Under the pieces are notes generated by a model, which was not told where the DNA came from, searched no databases, and saw only the letters and a program-made list of their open reading frames with translations. 64,000 bases of DNA, from NCBI RefSeq assembly GCF_009914755.1, contig NC_060925.1. One strand, 5' to 3'. Both the position numbers and the translations under genes were made by a program. Shown here in pieces: positions 12,501 through 28,060 of this stretch (the first letter of the stretch is position 1; the number at the start of each line of letters is the position of its first letter). The stretch comes from the human T2T-CHM13v2.0 reference genome, Homo sapiens.

Positions 12501-15500
12501 ATGATGATTCCATTCGAGTCCATTCGATGATGATCACAATGGATTTCATTCCGTAATTCTATTCGATTCCATTTGATGATGATTCCATCTGATTCCATTT
12601 GATGATTCCATTCGTTTCCATCCGATGATGATTCCATTCGATTCCGTTCAATGATTATTCCATTCGTGTCCATTCGATGATTCCATTCGATTCCATTCGA
12701 TGATGATTGCATTCGAGTCCATGGATTCTTCCATTCCATTCCATTAGATGATTCCATTCGAGTCCGTTCGATGATTCTCTTCGATTCCCTTCGATAATTC
12801 CGTTTGATTCCGTTTGATGTTGATTCCATTCGAGTCCATTCGATGATAATTCCATTCGATTCTATGCGATGATTCCATTCCATTCCATTTGGAGGTGGTT
12901 CCATTTGAGACCATTCGTTGATTGCATTCAATTCATTCGATGACGATTGCATTCAATTCCGTTCAATGATTCCATTAGATTCCATTTGATGATGATTCCA
13001 TTCGATTCCATTTGATGATGATTCCATGTGATTCCATTAGATGATGACTCCTTTCATTTCCATACAATGAGGATTCCATTCGGTTCCATTTGATGATGAT
13101 TCCTTTGAATTCCATTTGATGACAATTCCATTCAATACCAATTGATGATGGTTATTTTAGATTCCATTTGATGATGATTACATTCGATTCCATTTGATCA
13201 TGATTCCATTCGATTCCACTCGATGATTCCATTCGATTCCATTCAATGATTATTCCATTTGAGTCGATTCGATGACTCCATTCGATTGTATTCGATGGTG
13301 ATTGAATTCGAGTCCATGGATTAATCCATTGCATTCCATTCGATGATTCCATTCGAGTCCATTCGATGATTCTATTCGATTGCATTCGATAATTCCATTC
13401 GATTGCATTCGATAAATCCATTTGATTCCATTTGAGGATAATTCCATTTGAGTCCATTCGATGATTGTTCCATTCGATTCTATTCGGTGATTCCATTCGA
13501 CTTCATTTGATAATGATTCCATTCGAGACCATTCGATGATTCTATTCAATTCCATTCAATAATGATTCCATTCGAGTCCATTCAACGATTCCATTCAAGT
13601 CCATTCGATGATTCCATCTGATTCCATTCAATGAATCAATTCGATTCCATTCTATGATGATTCCATTCATTTCCATCTGATGATGATTCCATTCGATTCC
13701 ATTCAATGATTCCTTTCGATTCCATTTGATGATGATTTCAATCAATTTCATTCGATGATTCCATTCGAATCCATTCGATGATGAGTCCATCCATTTCAAT
13801 TTCATGATAATTCCATTCGTTTCAATTCGATGGTGTTTCCATTCGATTCCATTCGATGTTGATTCCATTAGTTTCCATTGGATGATGATTCCTTTCGAGT
13901 CCATTCAATGATGATCACATTGGATTTCATTCCATAATTCTATTCGATTCCATTTGATGATGATTCCATCTGATTCCATTTGATGATCCCATTCGATTCC
14001 ATTCGATGATGATTCCATTCGTTTCCATCCGATGATGATTCCATTCGATTCCGTTCAATGATTATTCCATTCGCGTCCATTCGATGATTCCATTCGATTC
14101 CATTCGATGATGATTGCATTCGAGTCCATGGATTCTTCCATTCCATTCCATTAGATGATTCCATTCGAGTCCGTTCGATGATTCTCTTCGATTCCATTCG
14201 ATAATCCCGTTTGATTCCGTTTGATGTTGATTGCATTCGAGTCCATTCGATGATAATTCCATTCGATTCTATGCGATGATTCCATTTCATTCCATTTGGA
14301 GATGGTTCCATTCGAGACCATTCGTTGATTGCATTCAATTCATTCGATGACGATTCCATTCAATTCCGTTCAATGATTCCATTAGATTCCATTTGATGAT
14401 GATTCCATTTGATTCCATTTGATGATGATTCCATGCGATTCCATTAGATGATGACTCCTTTCATTTCCATTCAATGAGGATTCCATTCGGTCCCATTTGA
14501 TGATGATTCCTTTGAATTCCGTTTGATGACTATTCCATTCAATACCAATTGATGATGGTAATTTTTGATTCCATTTGATGATGATTACTTTCGATTCCAT
14601 TTGATCATGATTCCATTCGGTTCCACTCGATGATTCCATTCAATGATGATTCCATTCGAGTTCATTGACTATTCCATTCCATTTCAATCGATGATTCCTT
14701 TCAAGTCCATTCGATGATTCTATTCGATTGCATTCGATTATTCCATTCGATTGCATTCGATAATTCCATTCGATTCCATTTGAGGATAATTCCATTTGAG
14801 TCCATTCGATGATTGTTCCATTCGATTCTATTCGGTGATTCCATTCGATTCCATTTGATAATGATTCCATTGGAGACCATTCGATGATTCCATTCAATTC
14901 CATTCAATAATGATTCCATTCGAGTCCATTCAATGATTCCATTCAAGTCCATTCGATGATTCCATCTGATTCCATTCAATGAATCCATTCGATTCCATTC
15001 TATGATGATTCCATTCATTTCCATCTGATGATGATTCCATTCGATTCCATTCAATGATTCCATTCGATTCCATTTGATGATGATTTCAATCAATTTCATT
15101 CGATGATTCCATTCGAATCCATTCGATGATGAGTCCATCCATTTCAATTTCATGATAATTCCATTCGTTTCAATTCGATGGTGTTTCCATTCGATTCCAT
15201 TCGATGTTGATTCCATTAGTTTCCATTGGATGATTATTCCTTTCGTGTCCACTCGATGATGATCACAATGGATTTCACTCCATAATTCTAATCGATTCCA
15301 TTTGATGATGATTCCATCTGATTCCATTAGATGATTCCATTCCTTTCCATCCGATGATGATTCCATTCGATTCCGTTCAATGATTATTCCATTCGAGTCC
15401 ATTCGATGATTCCATTCGATTCCATTCGATGATGATTACATTCGAGTCCATGGATTCTTCCATTCCATTCCATTAGATGGTTCCATTCGAGTCCATTCGA

Positions 15501-15787
15501 TGATTCTCTTCGATTCCATTCGATAATTCCGTTTGATTCCGTTTGATGTTGATTCCATTCGAGTCCATTCGATGTTAATTCCATTCGATTCTATGCGATG
15601 ATGCCATTCCATTCCATTTGGAGGTGGTTCCATTCGAGACCATTCGTTGATTGCATTCAATTCATTCGATGACGATTCCATTCAATTCCGTTCAATGATT
15701 CCATTAGATTCCATTTGATGATGATTCCATTCGATTACATTTGATGATGATTCAATGCGATTCCATTAGATGATGACTCCTTTCATT
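3515..15787 (+). repeat. 12,273-bp higher-order repeat (9 monomers), copy 1
   Basis: Identical ORF translations recur at a constant offset (3689/15962/28235; 9950/22223; 11771/24044). Rare variants such as CATTCTAGTCC and CAACACCAAT recur at the same offset. Confidence 0.93.
4731..6111 (+). repeat. Example hybrid monomer, 1381 bp (long X, short Y); 10 of 46
   Basis: Landmark spacing 4730->6111. The long-X module is followed by CACAATGG and no GATCCC 26-mer. Confidence 0.9.
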
Positions 15788-18700
15788 TCCATTCAATGAG
15801 GATTCCACTCGGTTCCATTTGATGATGATTCCTTTGAATTCCGTTTGATGACAATTCAATTCAATACCAATTGATGATGGTTAATTTTGATTCCATTTGA
15901 TTATGATTACTTTCGATTCCATTTGATCATGATTCCATTCAATTCCACTCGATGATTCCATTCAATGATGATTCCATTCGAGTTCATTGACTATTCCATT
16001 CCATTTCAATCGATGATTCCTTTCAAGTCCATTCGATGATTCTATTCGATTGCATTCGATTATTCCATTCAATTGCATTCGATAATTCCATTCGATTCCA
16101 TTTGAGGATAATTCCATTTGAGTCCATTCGATGATTGTTCCATTCGATTCTATTCGGTGATTCCATTCGATTCCATTTGATAATGATTCCATTCGAGACC
16201 ATTCGATGATTCCATTCAATTCCATTCAATAATGATTCCATTCGAGTCCATTCAACGATTCCATTCAAGTCCATTCGATGATTCCATCTGATTCCATTCA
16301 ATGAATCCATGCGATTCCATTCTATGATGATTCCATTCATTTCCATCTGATGATGATTCCATTCGATTCCATTCAATGATTCCTTTCGATTCCATTTGAT
16401 GATGATTTCAATCAATTTCATTCGATGATTCCATTCGAATCCATTCGATGATGAGTCCATCCATTTCAATTTCATGATAATTCCATTCCTTTCAATTCGA
16501 TGGTGTTTCCATTCGATTCCATTCGATGTTGATTCCATTAGTTTCCATTGGATGATGATTCCATTCTAGTCCATTCGATGATGATCACAATGGATTTCAT
16601 TCCATAATTCTATTCGATTCCATTTGATGATGATTCCATCTGATTCCATTTGATGATTCCATTCGTTTCCATCCGATGATGATTCCATTCGATTCCTTTC
16701 AATGATTATTCCATTCGAGTCCATTCGATGATTCCATTCGATTCCATTCGATGATGATTGCATTCGGGTCCATGGATTCTTCAATTCCATTCCATTAGAT
16801 GATTCCATTCCAGTCCATTCGATGATTCTCTTCTATTCCATTCGATAATTCCGTTTGATTCCCTTTGATGTTGATTCCATTCGAGTCCATTCGATGATAA
16901 TTCCATTCGATTCTATGCGATGATTCCATTCCATTCCATTTGGAGGTGGTTCCATTCGAGACCATTCGTTGATTGCATTCAATTCATTCGATGACGATTC
17001 CATTCAATTCCGTTCAATGATTCCATTAGATTCCATTTGATGATGATTCCATTCGATTCCATTTGATGATGATTCCATGCGATTCCATTAGATGATGACT
17101 CCTTTCATTTCCATTCAATGAGGATTCCATTCGGTTCCATTTGATGATGATTCCTTTGAATTCCATTTGATGACAATTCCATTCAACACCAATTGATGAT
17201 GGTTATTTTAGATTCCATTTGATGATGATTACATTCGATTCCATTTGATCATGATTCCATTCGATTCCACTCGATGATTCCATTCGATTCCATTCAATGA
17301 TTATTCCATTTGAGTCGATTCGATGACTCCATTCGATTGTATTCGATGGTGATTGAATTCGAGTCCATGGATTAATCCATTGCATTCCATTCGATGATTC
17401 CATTCGAGTCCATTCGATGATTCTATTCGATTGCATTCGATAATTCCATTCGATTGCATTCGATAAATCCATTTGATTCCATTTGAGGATAATTCCATTT
17501 GAGTCCATTCGATGATTGTTCCATTCGATTCTATTCGGTGATTCCATTCGACTTCATTTGATAATGATTCCATTCGAGACCATTCGATGATTCTATTCAA
17601 TTCCATTCAATAATGATTCCATTCGAGTCCATTCAACGATTCCATTCAAATCCATTCGATGATTCCGTCTGATTGCATTCAATGAATCCATGCGATTCCA
17701 TTCTATGATGATTCCATTCATTTCCATCTGATGATGATTCCATTCGATTCCATTCAATGATTCCTTTCGATTCCATTTGATGATGATTTCAATCAATTTC
17801 ATTCGATGATTACATTCGAATCCATTCGAGGATGAGTCCATCCATTTCTATTTCATGATAATTCCATTCGTTTCAATTCGATGGTGTTTCCATTCGATTC
17901 CATTCGATGTTGATTCCATTAGTTTCCATTGGATGATGATTCCATTCGAGTCCATTCGATGATGATCACAATGGATTTCATTCCATAATTCTATTCGATT
18001 CCATTTGATGATGATTCCATCTGATTCCATTTGATGATTCCATTCGTTTCCATCCGATGATGATTCCATTCGATTCCGTTCAATGATTATTCCATTCGAG
18101 TCCATTCGATGATTCCATTCGATTCCATTCGATGATGATTGCATTCGAGTCCATGGATTCTTCCATTCCATTCCATTAGATGATTCCATTCGAGTCCGTT
18201 CGATGATTCTCTTCGATTCCCTTCGATAATTCCGTTTGATTCCGTTTGATGTTGATTCCATTCGAGTCCATTCGATGATAATTCCATTCGATTCTATGCA
18301 ATGATTCCATTCCATTCCATTTGGAGATGGTTCCATTCGAGACCATTCGTTGATTGCATTCAATTCATTCGATGACGATTCCATTCAATTCCGTTCAATG
18401 ATTCCATTAGATTCCATTTGATGATGATTCCATTCGATTCCATTTGATGATGATTCCATGTGATTCCATTAGATGATGACTCCTTTCATTTCCATACAAT
18501 GAGGATTCCATTCGGTTCCATTTGATGATGATTCCTTTGAATTCCATTTGATGACAATTCCATTCAATACCAATTGATGATGGTTATTTTAGATTCCATT
18601 TGATGATGATTACATTCGATTCCATTTGATCATGATTCCATTCGATTCCACTCGATGATTCCATTCGATTCCATTCAATGATTATTCCATTTGAGTCGAT

Positions 18701-21700
18701 TCGATGACTCCATTCGATTGTATTCGATGGTGATTGAATTCGAGTCCATGGATTAATCCATTGCATTCCATTCGATGATTCCATTCGAGTCCATTCGATG
18801 ATTCTATTCGATTGCATTCGATAATTCCATTCGATTGCATTCGATAAATCCATTTGATTCCATTTGAGGATAATTCCATTTGAGTCCATTCGATGATTGT
18901 TCCATTCGATTCTATTCGGTGATTCCATTCGACTTCATTTGATAATGATTCCATTCGAGACCATTCGATGATTCTATTCAATTCCATTCAATAATGATTC
19001 CATTCGAGTCCATTCAACGATTCCATTCAAGTCCATTCGATGATTCCATCTGATTCCATTCAATGAATCAATTCGATTCCATTCTATGATGATTCCATTC
19101 ATTTCCATCTGATGATGATTCCATTCGATTCCATTCAATGATTCCTTTCGATTCCATTTGATGATGATTTCAATCAATTTCATTCGATGATTCCATTCGA
19201 ATCCATTCGATGATGAGTCCATCCATTTCAATTTCATGATAATTCCATTCGTTTCAATTCGATGGTGTTTCCATTCGATTCCATTCGATGTTGATTCCAT
19301 TAGTTTCCATTGGATGATGATTCCTTTCGAGTCCATTCAATGATGATCACATTGGATTTCATTCCATAATTCTATTCGATTCCATTTGATGATGATTCCA
19401 TCTGATTCCATTTGATGATCCCATTCGATTCCATTCGATGATGATTCCATTCGTTTCCATCCGATGATGATTCCATTCGATTCCGTTCAATGATTATTCC
19501 ATTCGCGTCCATTCGATGATTCCATTCGATTCCATTCGATGATGATTGCATTCGAGTCCATGGATTCTTCCATTCCATTCCATTAGATGATTCCATTCGA
19601 GTCCGTTCGATGATTCTCTTCGATTCCATTCGATAATCCCGTTTGATTCCGTTTGATGTTGATTGCATTCGAGTCCATTCGATGATAATTCCATTCGATT
19701 CTATGCGATGATTCCATTTCATTCCATTTGGAGATGGTTCCATTCGAGACCATTCGTTGATTGCATTCAATTCATTCGATGACGATTCCATTCAATTCCG
19801 TTCAATGATTCCATTAGATTCCATTTGATGATGATTCCATTTGATTCCATTTGATGATGATTCCATGCGATTCCATTAGATGATGACTCCTTTCATTTCC
19901 ATTCAATGAGGATTCCATTCGGTCCCATTTGATGATGATTCCTTTGAATTCCGTTTGATGACTATTCCATTCAATACCAATTGATGATGGTAATTTTTGA
20001 TTCCATTTGATGATGATTACTTTCGATTCCATTTGATCATGATTCCATTCGGTTCCACTCGATGATTCCATTCAATGATGATTCCATTCGAGTTCATTGA
20101 CTATTCCATTCCATTTCAATCGATGATTCCTTTCAAGTCCATTCGATGATTCTATTCGATTGCATTCGATTATTCCATTCGATTGCATTCGATAATTCCA
20201 TTCGATTCCATTTGAGGATAATTCCATTTGAGTCCATTCGATGATTGTTCCATTCGATTCTATTCGGTGATTCCATTCGATTCCATTTGATAATGATTCC
20301 ATTGGAGACCATTCGATGATTCCATTCAATTCCATTCAATAATGATTCCATTCGAGTCCATTCAATGATTCCATTCAAGTCCATTCGATGATTCCATCTG
20401 ATTCCATTCAATGAATCCATTCGATTCCATTCTATGATGATTCCATTCATTTCCATCTGATGATGATTCCATTCGATTCCATTCAATGATTCCATTCGAT
20501 TCCATTTGATGATGATTTCAATCAATTTCATTCGATGATTCCATTCGAATCCATTCGATGATGAGTCCATCCATTTCAATTTCATGATAATTCCATTCGT
20601 TTCAATTCGATGGTGTTTCCATTCGATTCCATTCGATGTTGATTCCATTAGTTTCCATTGGATGATGATTCCTTTCGTGTCCACTCGATGATGATCACAA
20701 TGGATTTCACTCCATAATTCTAATCGATTCCATTTGATGATGATTCCATCTGATTCCATTAGATGATTCCATTCCTTTCCATCCGATGATGATTCCATTC
20801 GATTCCGTTCAATGATTATTCCATTCGAGTCCATTCGATGATTCCATTCGATTCCATTCGATGATGATTACATTCGAGTCCATGGATTCTTCCATTCCAT
20901 TCCATTAGATGGTTCCATTCGAGTCCATTCGATGATTCTCTTCGATTCCATTCGATAATTCCGTTTGATTCCGTTTGATGTTGATTCCATTCGAGTCCAT
21001 TCGATGTTAATTCCATTCGATTCTATGCGATGATGCCATTCCATTCCATTTGGAGGTGGTTCCATTCGAGACCATTCGTTGATTGCATTCAATTCATTCG
21101 ATGACGATTCCATTCAATTCCGTTCAATGATTCCATTAGATTCCATTTGATGATGATTCCATTCGATTACATTTGATGATGATTCAATGCGATTCCATTA
21201 GATGATGACTCCTTTCATTTCCATTCAATGAGGATTCCATTCGGTTCCATTTGATGATGATTCCTTTGAATTCCATTTGATGACAATTCCATTCAATACC
21301 AATTGATGATGGTTATTTTTGATTCCATTTGATGATGATTACATTCGATTCCATTTGATCATGATTCCATTCGATTCCACTCGATGATTCCATTCGATTC
21401 CATTCAATGATTATTCCATTTGAGTCGATTCGATGACTCCATTCGATTGTATTCGATGGTGATTGAATTCGAGTCCATGGATTAATCCATTGCATTCCAT
21501 TCGATGATTCCATTCGAGTCCATTCGATGATTCTATTCAATTGCATTCGATAATTCCATTCGATTGCATTCGATAAATCCATTTGATTCCATTTGAGGAT
21601 AATTCCATTTGAGTCCATTCGATGATTGTTCCATTCGATTCTATTCGGTGATTCCATTCGACTTCATTTGATAATGATTCCATTCGAGACCATTCGATGA

Positions 21701-24700
21701 TTCTATTCAATTCCATTCAATAATGATTCCATTCGAGTCCATTCAACGATTCCATTCAAGTCCATTCGATGATTCCATCTGATTCCATTCAATGAATCCA
21801 TTCGATTCCATTCTATGATGATTCCATTCATTTCCATCTGATGATGATTCCATTCGATTCCATTCAATGATTCCTTTCGATTCCATTTGATGATGATTTC
21901 AATCAATTTCATTCGATGATTCCATTCGAATCCATTCGAGGATGAGTCCATCCATTTCTATTTCATGATAATCCCATTCGTTTCAATTCGATGGTGTTTC
22001 CATTCGATTCCATTCGATGTTGATTCCATTAGTTTCCATTGGATGATGATTCCATTCGGGTCCATTCAATGATGATCACATTGGATTTCATTCCATAATT
22101 CTATTCGATTCCATTTGATGATGATTCCATCTGATTCCATTTGATGATCCCATTCGATTCCATTCGATGATGATTCCATTCGTTTCCATCCGATGATGAC
22201 TCCATTCGATTCCGTTCAATGATTATTCCATTCGAGTCCATTCGATGATTCCATTTTCGATTCCATTCGATGATGATTGCATTCGAGTCCGTGGATTCTT
22301 CCACTCCATTCCATTAGATGATTCCATTCGAGTCCGTTCGATGATTCTCTTCGATTCCATTCGATAATTCCTCTTGATTCCGTTTGATGTTGATTCCATT
22401 CGAGTCCATTCGATGATAATTCCATTCGATTCTATGCGATGATTCCATTCCATTCCATTTGGAGATGGTTCCATTCGAGACCATTCGTTGATGGCATTCA
22501 ATTCATTCGATGACGATTCCATTCAATTCCGTTCAATGATTCCATTAGATTCCATTTGATGATGATTCCATTCGATTCCATTTGATGATGATTCCATGCG
22601 ATTCCATTAGATGATGACTCCTTTCATTTCCATTCAATGAGGATTCCATTCGGTTCCATTTGATGATGATTCCTTTCAATTCCGTTTGATGACAATTCCA
22701 TTCAATACCAATTGATGATGGTTATTTTTGATTCCATTTGATGATGATTACTTTCGATTCCATTTGATCATGATTCCATTCGATTCCACTCGATGATTCC
22801 ATTCAATGATGATTCCATTCGAGTTCATTGACTATTCCATTCCATTTCAATCGATGATTCCTTTCAAGTCCATTCGATGATTCTATTCGATTGCATTCGA
22901 TTATTCCATTCGATTGCATTCGATAATTCCATTCGATTCCATTTGAGGATAATTCCATTTGAGTCCATTCGATGATTGTTCCATTCGATTCTATTCGGTG
23001 ATTCCATTCGATTCCATTTGATAATGATTCCATTCGCGACCATTCGATGATTCCATTCAATTCCATTCAATAATGATTCCATTCGAGTCCATTCAATGAT
23101 TCCATTCAAGTCCATTCGATGATTCCATCTGATTCCATTCAATGAATCCATTCGATTCCATTCTATGATGATTCCATTCATTTCCATCTGATGATGATTC
23201 CATTCGATTCCATTCAATGATTCCATTCGATTCCATTTGATGATGATTTCAATCAATTTCATTCGATGATTCCATTCGAATCCATTCGATGATGAGTCCA
23301 TCCATTTCAATTTCATGATAATTCCATTCGTTTCAATTCGATGGTGTTTCCATTCGATTCCATTCGATGTTGATTCCATTAGTTTCCATTGGATGATGAT
23401 TCCATTCGAGTCCATTCGATGATGATCACAATGGATTTCATTCCATAATTCTATTCGATTCCATTTGATGATGATTCCATCTGATTCCATTTGATGATTC
23501 CATTCGTTTCCATCCGATGATGATTCCATTCGATTCCATTCAATGATTATTCCATTCGAGTCCATTCGATGATTCCATTCGATTCCATTCGATGATGATT
23601 GCATTCGAGTCCATGGATTCTTCCATTCCATTCCATTAGATGATTCCATTCCAGTCCATTCGATGATTCTCTTTGATTCCATTCGATAATTCCGTTTGAT
23701 TCCGTTTGATGTTGATTCCATTCGAGTCCATTCGATGATAATTCCATTCGATTCTATGCGATGATTCCATTCCATTCCATTTGGAGGTGGTTCCATTCGA
23801 GACCATTCGTTGATTGCATTCAATTCATTCGATGATGATTCCATTCAATTCCGTTCAATGATTCCATTAGATTCCATTTGTTGATGATTCCATTCGATTC
23901 CATTTGATGATGATTCCATGCGATTCCATTAGATGATGACTCCTTTCATTTCCATTCAATGAGGATTCCATTCGGTTCCATTTGATGATGATTCCTTTGA
24001 ATTCCATTTGATGACAATTCCATTCAATACCAATTGATGATGTTTATTTTTGATTCCATTTGATGATGATTACATTCGATTCCATTTCATCATGATTCCA
24101 TTCGATTCCACTCGATGATTCCATTCGATTCCATTCAATGATTATTCCACTTGAGTCGATTCGATGACTCCATTCGATTGTATTCGATGGTGATTGATTT
24201 CGAGTCCATGGATTAATCCATTGCATTCCATTCGGTGATTCCATTCGAGTCCATTCGATGATTCTATTCGATTGCATTCGATAATTCCATTCGATTGCAT
24301 TCGATAAATCCATTTGATTCCATTTGAGGATAATTCCTTTTGAGTCCATTCGATGATTGTTCCATTCGATTCTATTCGGTGATTCCATTCGACTTCATTT
24401 GATAATGATTCCATTCGAGACCATTCGATGATTCTATTCAATTCCATTCAATAATGATTCCATTCGAGTCCATTCAACGATTCCATTCAAGTCCATTAGA
24501 TGATTCCATCTGATTCCATTCAATGAATCCATGCGATTCCATTCTATGATGATTCCATTCATTTCCATCTGATGATGATTCCATTCGATTCCATTCAATG
24601 ATTCCTTTCGATTCCATTTGATGATGATTTCAATCAATTTCATTCGATGATTCCATTCGAATCCATTCGATGATGAGTCCATCCATTTCTATTTCATGAT

Positions 24701-27700
24701 AATTCCATTCGTTTCAATTCGATGGTGTTTCCATTCGATTCCATTCGATGTTGATTCCATTAGTTTCCATTGGATGATGATTCCATTCGAGTCCATTCGA
24801 TGATGATCACAATGGATTTCATTCCGTAATTCTATTCGATTCCATTTGATGATGATTCCATCTGATTCCATTTGATGATTCCATTCGTTTCCATCCGATG
24901 ATGATTCCATTCGATTCCGTTCAATGATTATTCCATTCGTGTCCATTCGATGATTCCATTCGATTCCATTCGATGATGATTGCATTCGAGTCCATGGATT
25001 CTTCCATTCCATTCCATTAGATGATTCCATTCGAGTCCGTTCGATGATTCTCTTCGATTCCCTTCGATAATTCCGTTTGATTCCGTTTGATGTTGATTCC
25101 ATTCGAGTCCATTCGATGATAATTCCATTCGATTCTATGCGATGATTCCATTCCATTCCATTTGGAGGTGGTTCCATTTGAGACCATTCGTTGATTGCAT
25201 TCAATTCATTCGATGACGATTGCATTCAATTCCGTTCAATGATTCCATTAGATTCCATTTGATGATGATTCCATTCGATTCCATTTGATGATGATTCCAT
25301 GTGATTCCATTAGATGATGACTCCTTTCATTTCCATACAATGAGGATTCCATTCGGTTCCATTTGATGATGATTCCTTTGAATTCCATTTGATGACAATT
25401 CCATTCAATACCAATTGATGATGGTTATTTTAGATTCCATTTGATGATGATTACATTCGATTCCATTTGATCATGATTCCATTCGATTCCACTCGATGAT
25501 TCCATTCGATTCCATTCAATGATTATTCCATTTGAGTCGATTCGATGACTCCATTCGATTGTATTCGATGGTGATTGAATTCGAGTCCATGGATTAATCC
25601 ATTGCATTCCATTCGATGATTCCATTCGAGTCCATTCGATGATTCTATTCGATTGCATTCGATAATTCCATTCGATTGCATTCGATAAATCCATTTGATT
25701 CCATTTGAGGATAATTCCATTTGAGTCCATTCGATGATTGTTCCATTCGATTCTATTCGGTGATTCCATTCGACTTCATTTGATAATGATTCCATTCGAG
25801 ACCATTCGATGATTCTATTCAATTCCATTCAATAATGATTCCATTCGAGTCCATTCAACGATTCCATTCAAGTCCATTCGATGATTCCATCTGATTCCAT
25901 TCAATGAATCAATTCGATTCCATTCTATGATGATTCCATTCATTTCCATCTGATGATGATTCCATTCGATTCCATTCAATGATTCCTTTCGATTCCATTT
26001 GATGATGATTTCAATCAATTTCATTCGATGATTCCATTCGAATCCATTCGATGATGAGTCCATCCATTTCAATTTCATGATAATTCCATTCGTTTCAATT
26101 CGATGGTGTTTCCATTCGATTCCATTCGATGTTGATTCCATTAGTTTCCATTGGATGATGATTCCTTTCGAGTCCATTCAATGATGATCACATTGGATTT
26201 CATTCCATAATTCTATTCGATTCCATTTGATGATGATTCCATCTGATTCCATTTGATGATCCCATTCGATTCCATTCGATGATGATTCCATTCGTTTCCA
26301 TCCGATGATGATTCCATTCGATTCCGTTCAATGATTATTCCATTCGCGTCCATTCGATGATTCCATTCGATTCCATTCGATGATGATTGCATTCGAGTCC
26401 ATGGATTCTTCCATTCCATTCCATTAGATGATTCCATTCGAGTCCGTTCGATGATTCTCTTCGATTCCATTCGATAATCCCGTTTGATTCCGTTTGATGT
26501 TGATTGCATTCGAGTCCATTCGATGATAATTCCATTCGATTCTATGCGATGATTCCATTTCATTCCATTTGGAGATGGTTCCATTCGAGACCATTCGTTG
26601 ATTGCATTCAATTCATTCGATGACGATTCCATTCAATTCCGTTCAATGATTCCATTAGATTCCATTTGATGATGATTCCATTTGATTCCATTTGATGATG
26701 ATTCCATGCGATTCCATTAGATGATGACTCCTTTCATTTCCATTCAATGAGGATTCCATTCGGTCCCATTTGATGATGATTCCTTTGAATTCCGTTTGAT
26801 GACTATTCCATTCAATACCAATTGATGATGGTAATTTTTGATTCCATTTGATGATGATTACTTTCGATTCCATTTGATCATGATTCCATTCGGTTCCACT
26901 CGATGATTCCATTCAATGATGATTCCATTCGAGTTCATTGACTATTCCATTCCATTTCAATCGATGATTCCTTTCAAGTCCATTCGATGATTCTATTCGA
27001 TTGCATTCGATTATTCCATTCGATTGCATTCGATAATTCCATTCGATTCCATTTGAGGATAATTCCATTTGAGTCCATTCGATGATTGTTCCATTCGATT
27101 CTATTCGGTGATTCCATTCGATTCCATTTGATAATGATTCCATTGGAGACCATTCGATGATTCCATTCAATTCCATTCAATAATGATTCCATTCGAGTCC
27201 ATTCAATGATTCCATTCAAGTCCATTCGATGATTCCATCTGATTCCATTCAATGAATCCATTCGATTCCATTCTATGATGATTCCATTCATTTCCATCTG
27301 ATGATGATTCCATTCGATTCCATTCAATGATTCCATTCGATTCCATTTGATGATGATTTCAATCAATTTCATTCGATGATTCCATTCGAATCCATTCGAT
27401 GATGAGTCCATCCATTTCAATTTCATGATAATTCCATTCGTTTCAATTCGATGGTGTTTCCATTCGATTCCATTCGATGTTGATTCCATTAGTTTCCATT
27501 GGATGATTATTCCTTTCGTGTCCACTCGATGATGATCACAATGGATTTCACTCCATAATTCTAATCGATTCCATTTGATGATGATTCCATCTGATTCCAT
27601 TAGATGATTCCATTCCTTTCCATCCGATGATGATTCCATTCGATTCCGTTCAATGATTATTCCATTCGAGTCCATTCGATGATTCCATTCGATTCCATTC

Positions 27701-28060
27701 GATGATGATTACATTCGAGTCCATGGATTCTTCCATTCCATTCCATTAGATGGTTCCATTCGAGTCCATTCGATGATTCTCTTCGATTCCATTCGATAAT
27801 TCCGTTTGATTCCGTTTGATGTTGATTCCATTCGAGTCCATTCGATGTTAATTCCATTCGATTCTATGCGATGATGCCATTCCATTCCATTTGGAGGTGG
27901 TTCCATTCGAGACCATTCGTTGATTGCATTCAATTCATTCGATGACGATTCCATTCAATTCCGTTCAATGATTCCATTAGATTCCATTTGATGATGATTC
28001 CATTCGATTACATTTGATGATGATTCAATGCGATTCCATTAGATGATGACTCCTTTCATT
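15788..28060 (+). repeat. 12,273-bp higher-order repeat, copy 2
   Basis: Same monomer order (1322-1381-1407-1322-1409-1322-1381-1407-1322) and the same diagnostic variants as copy 1. Confidence 0.93.
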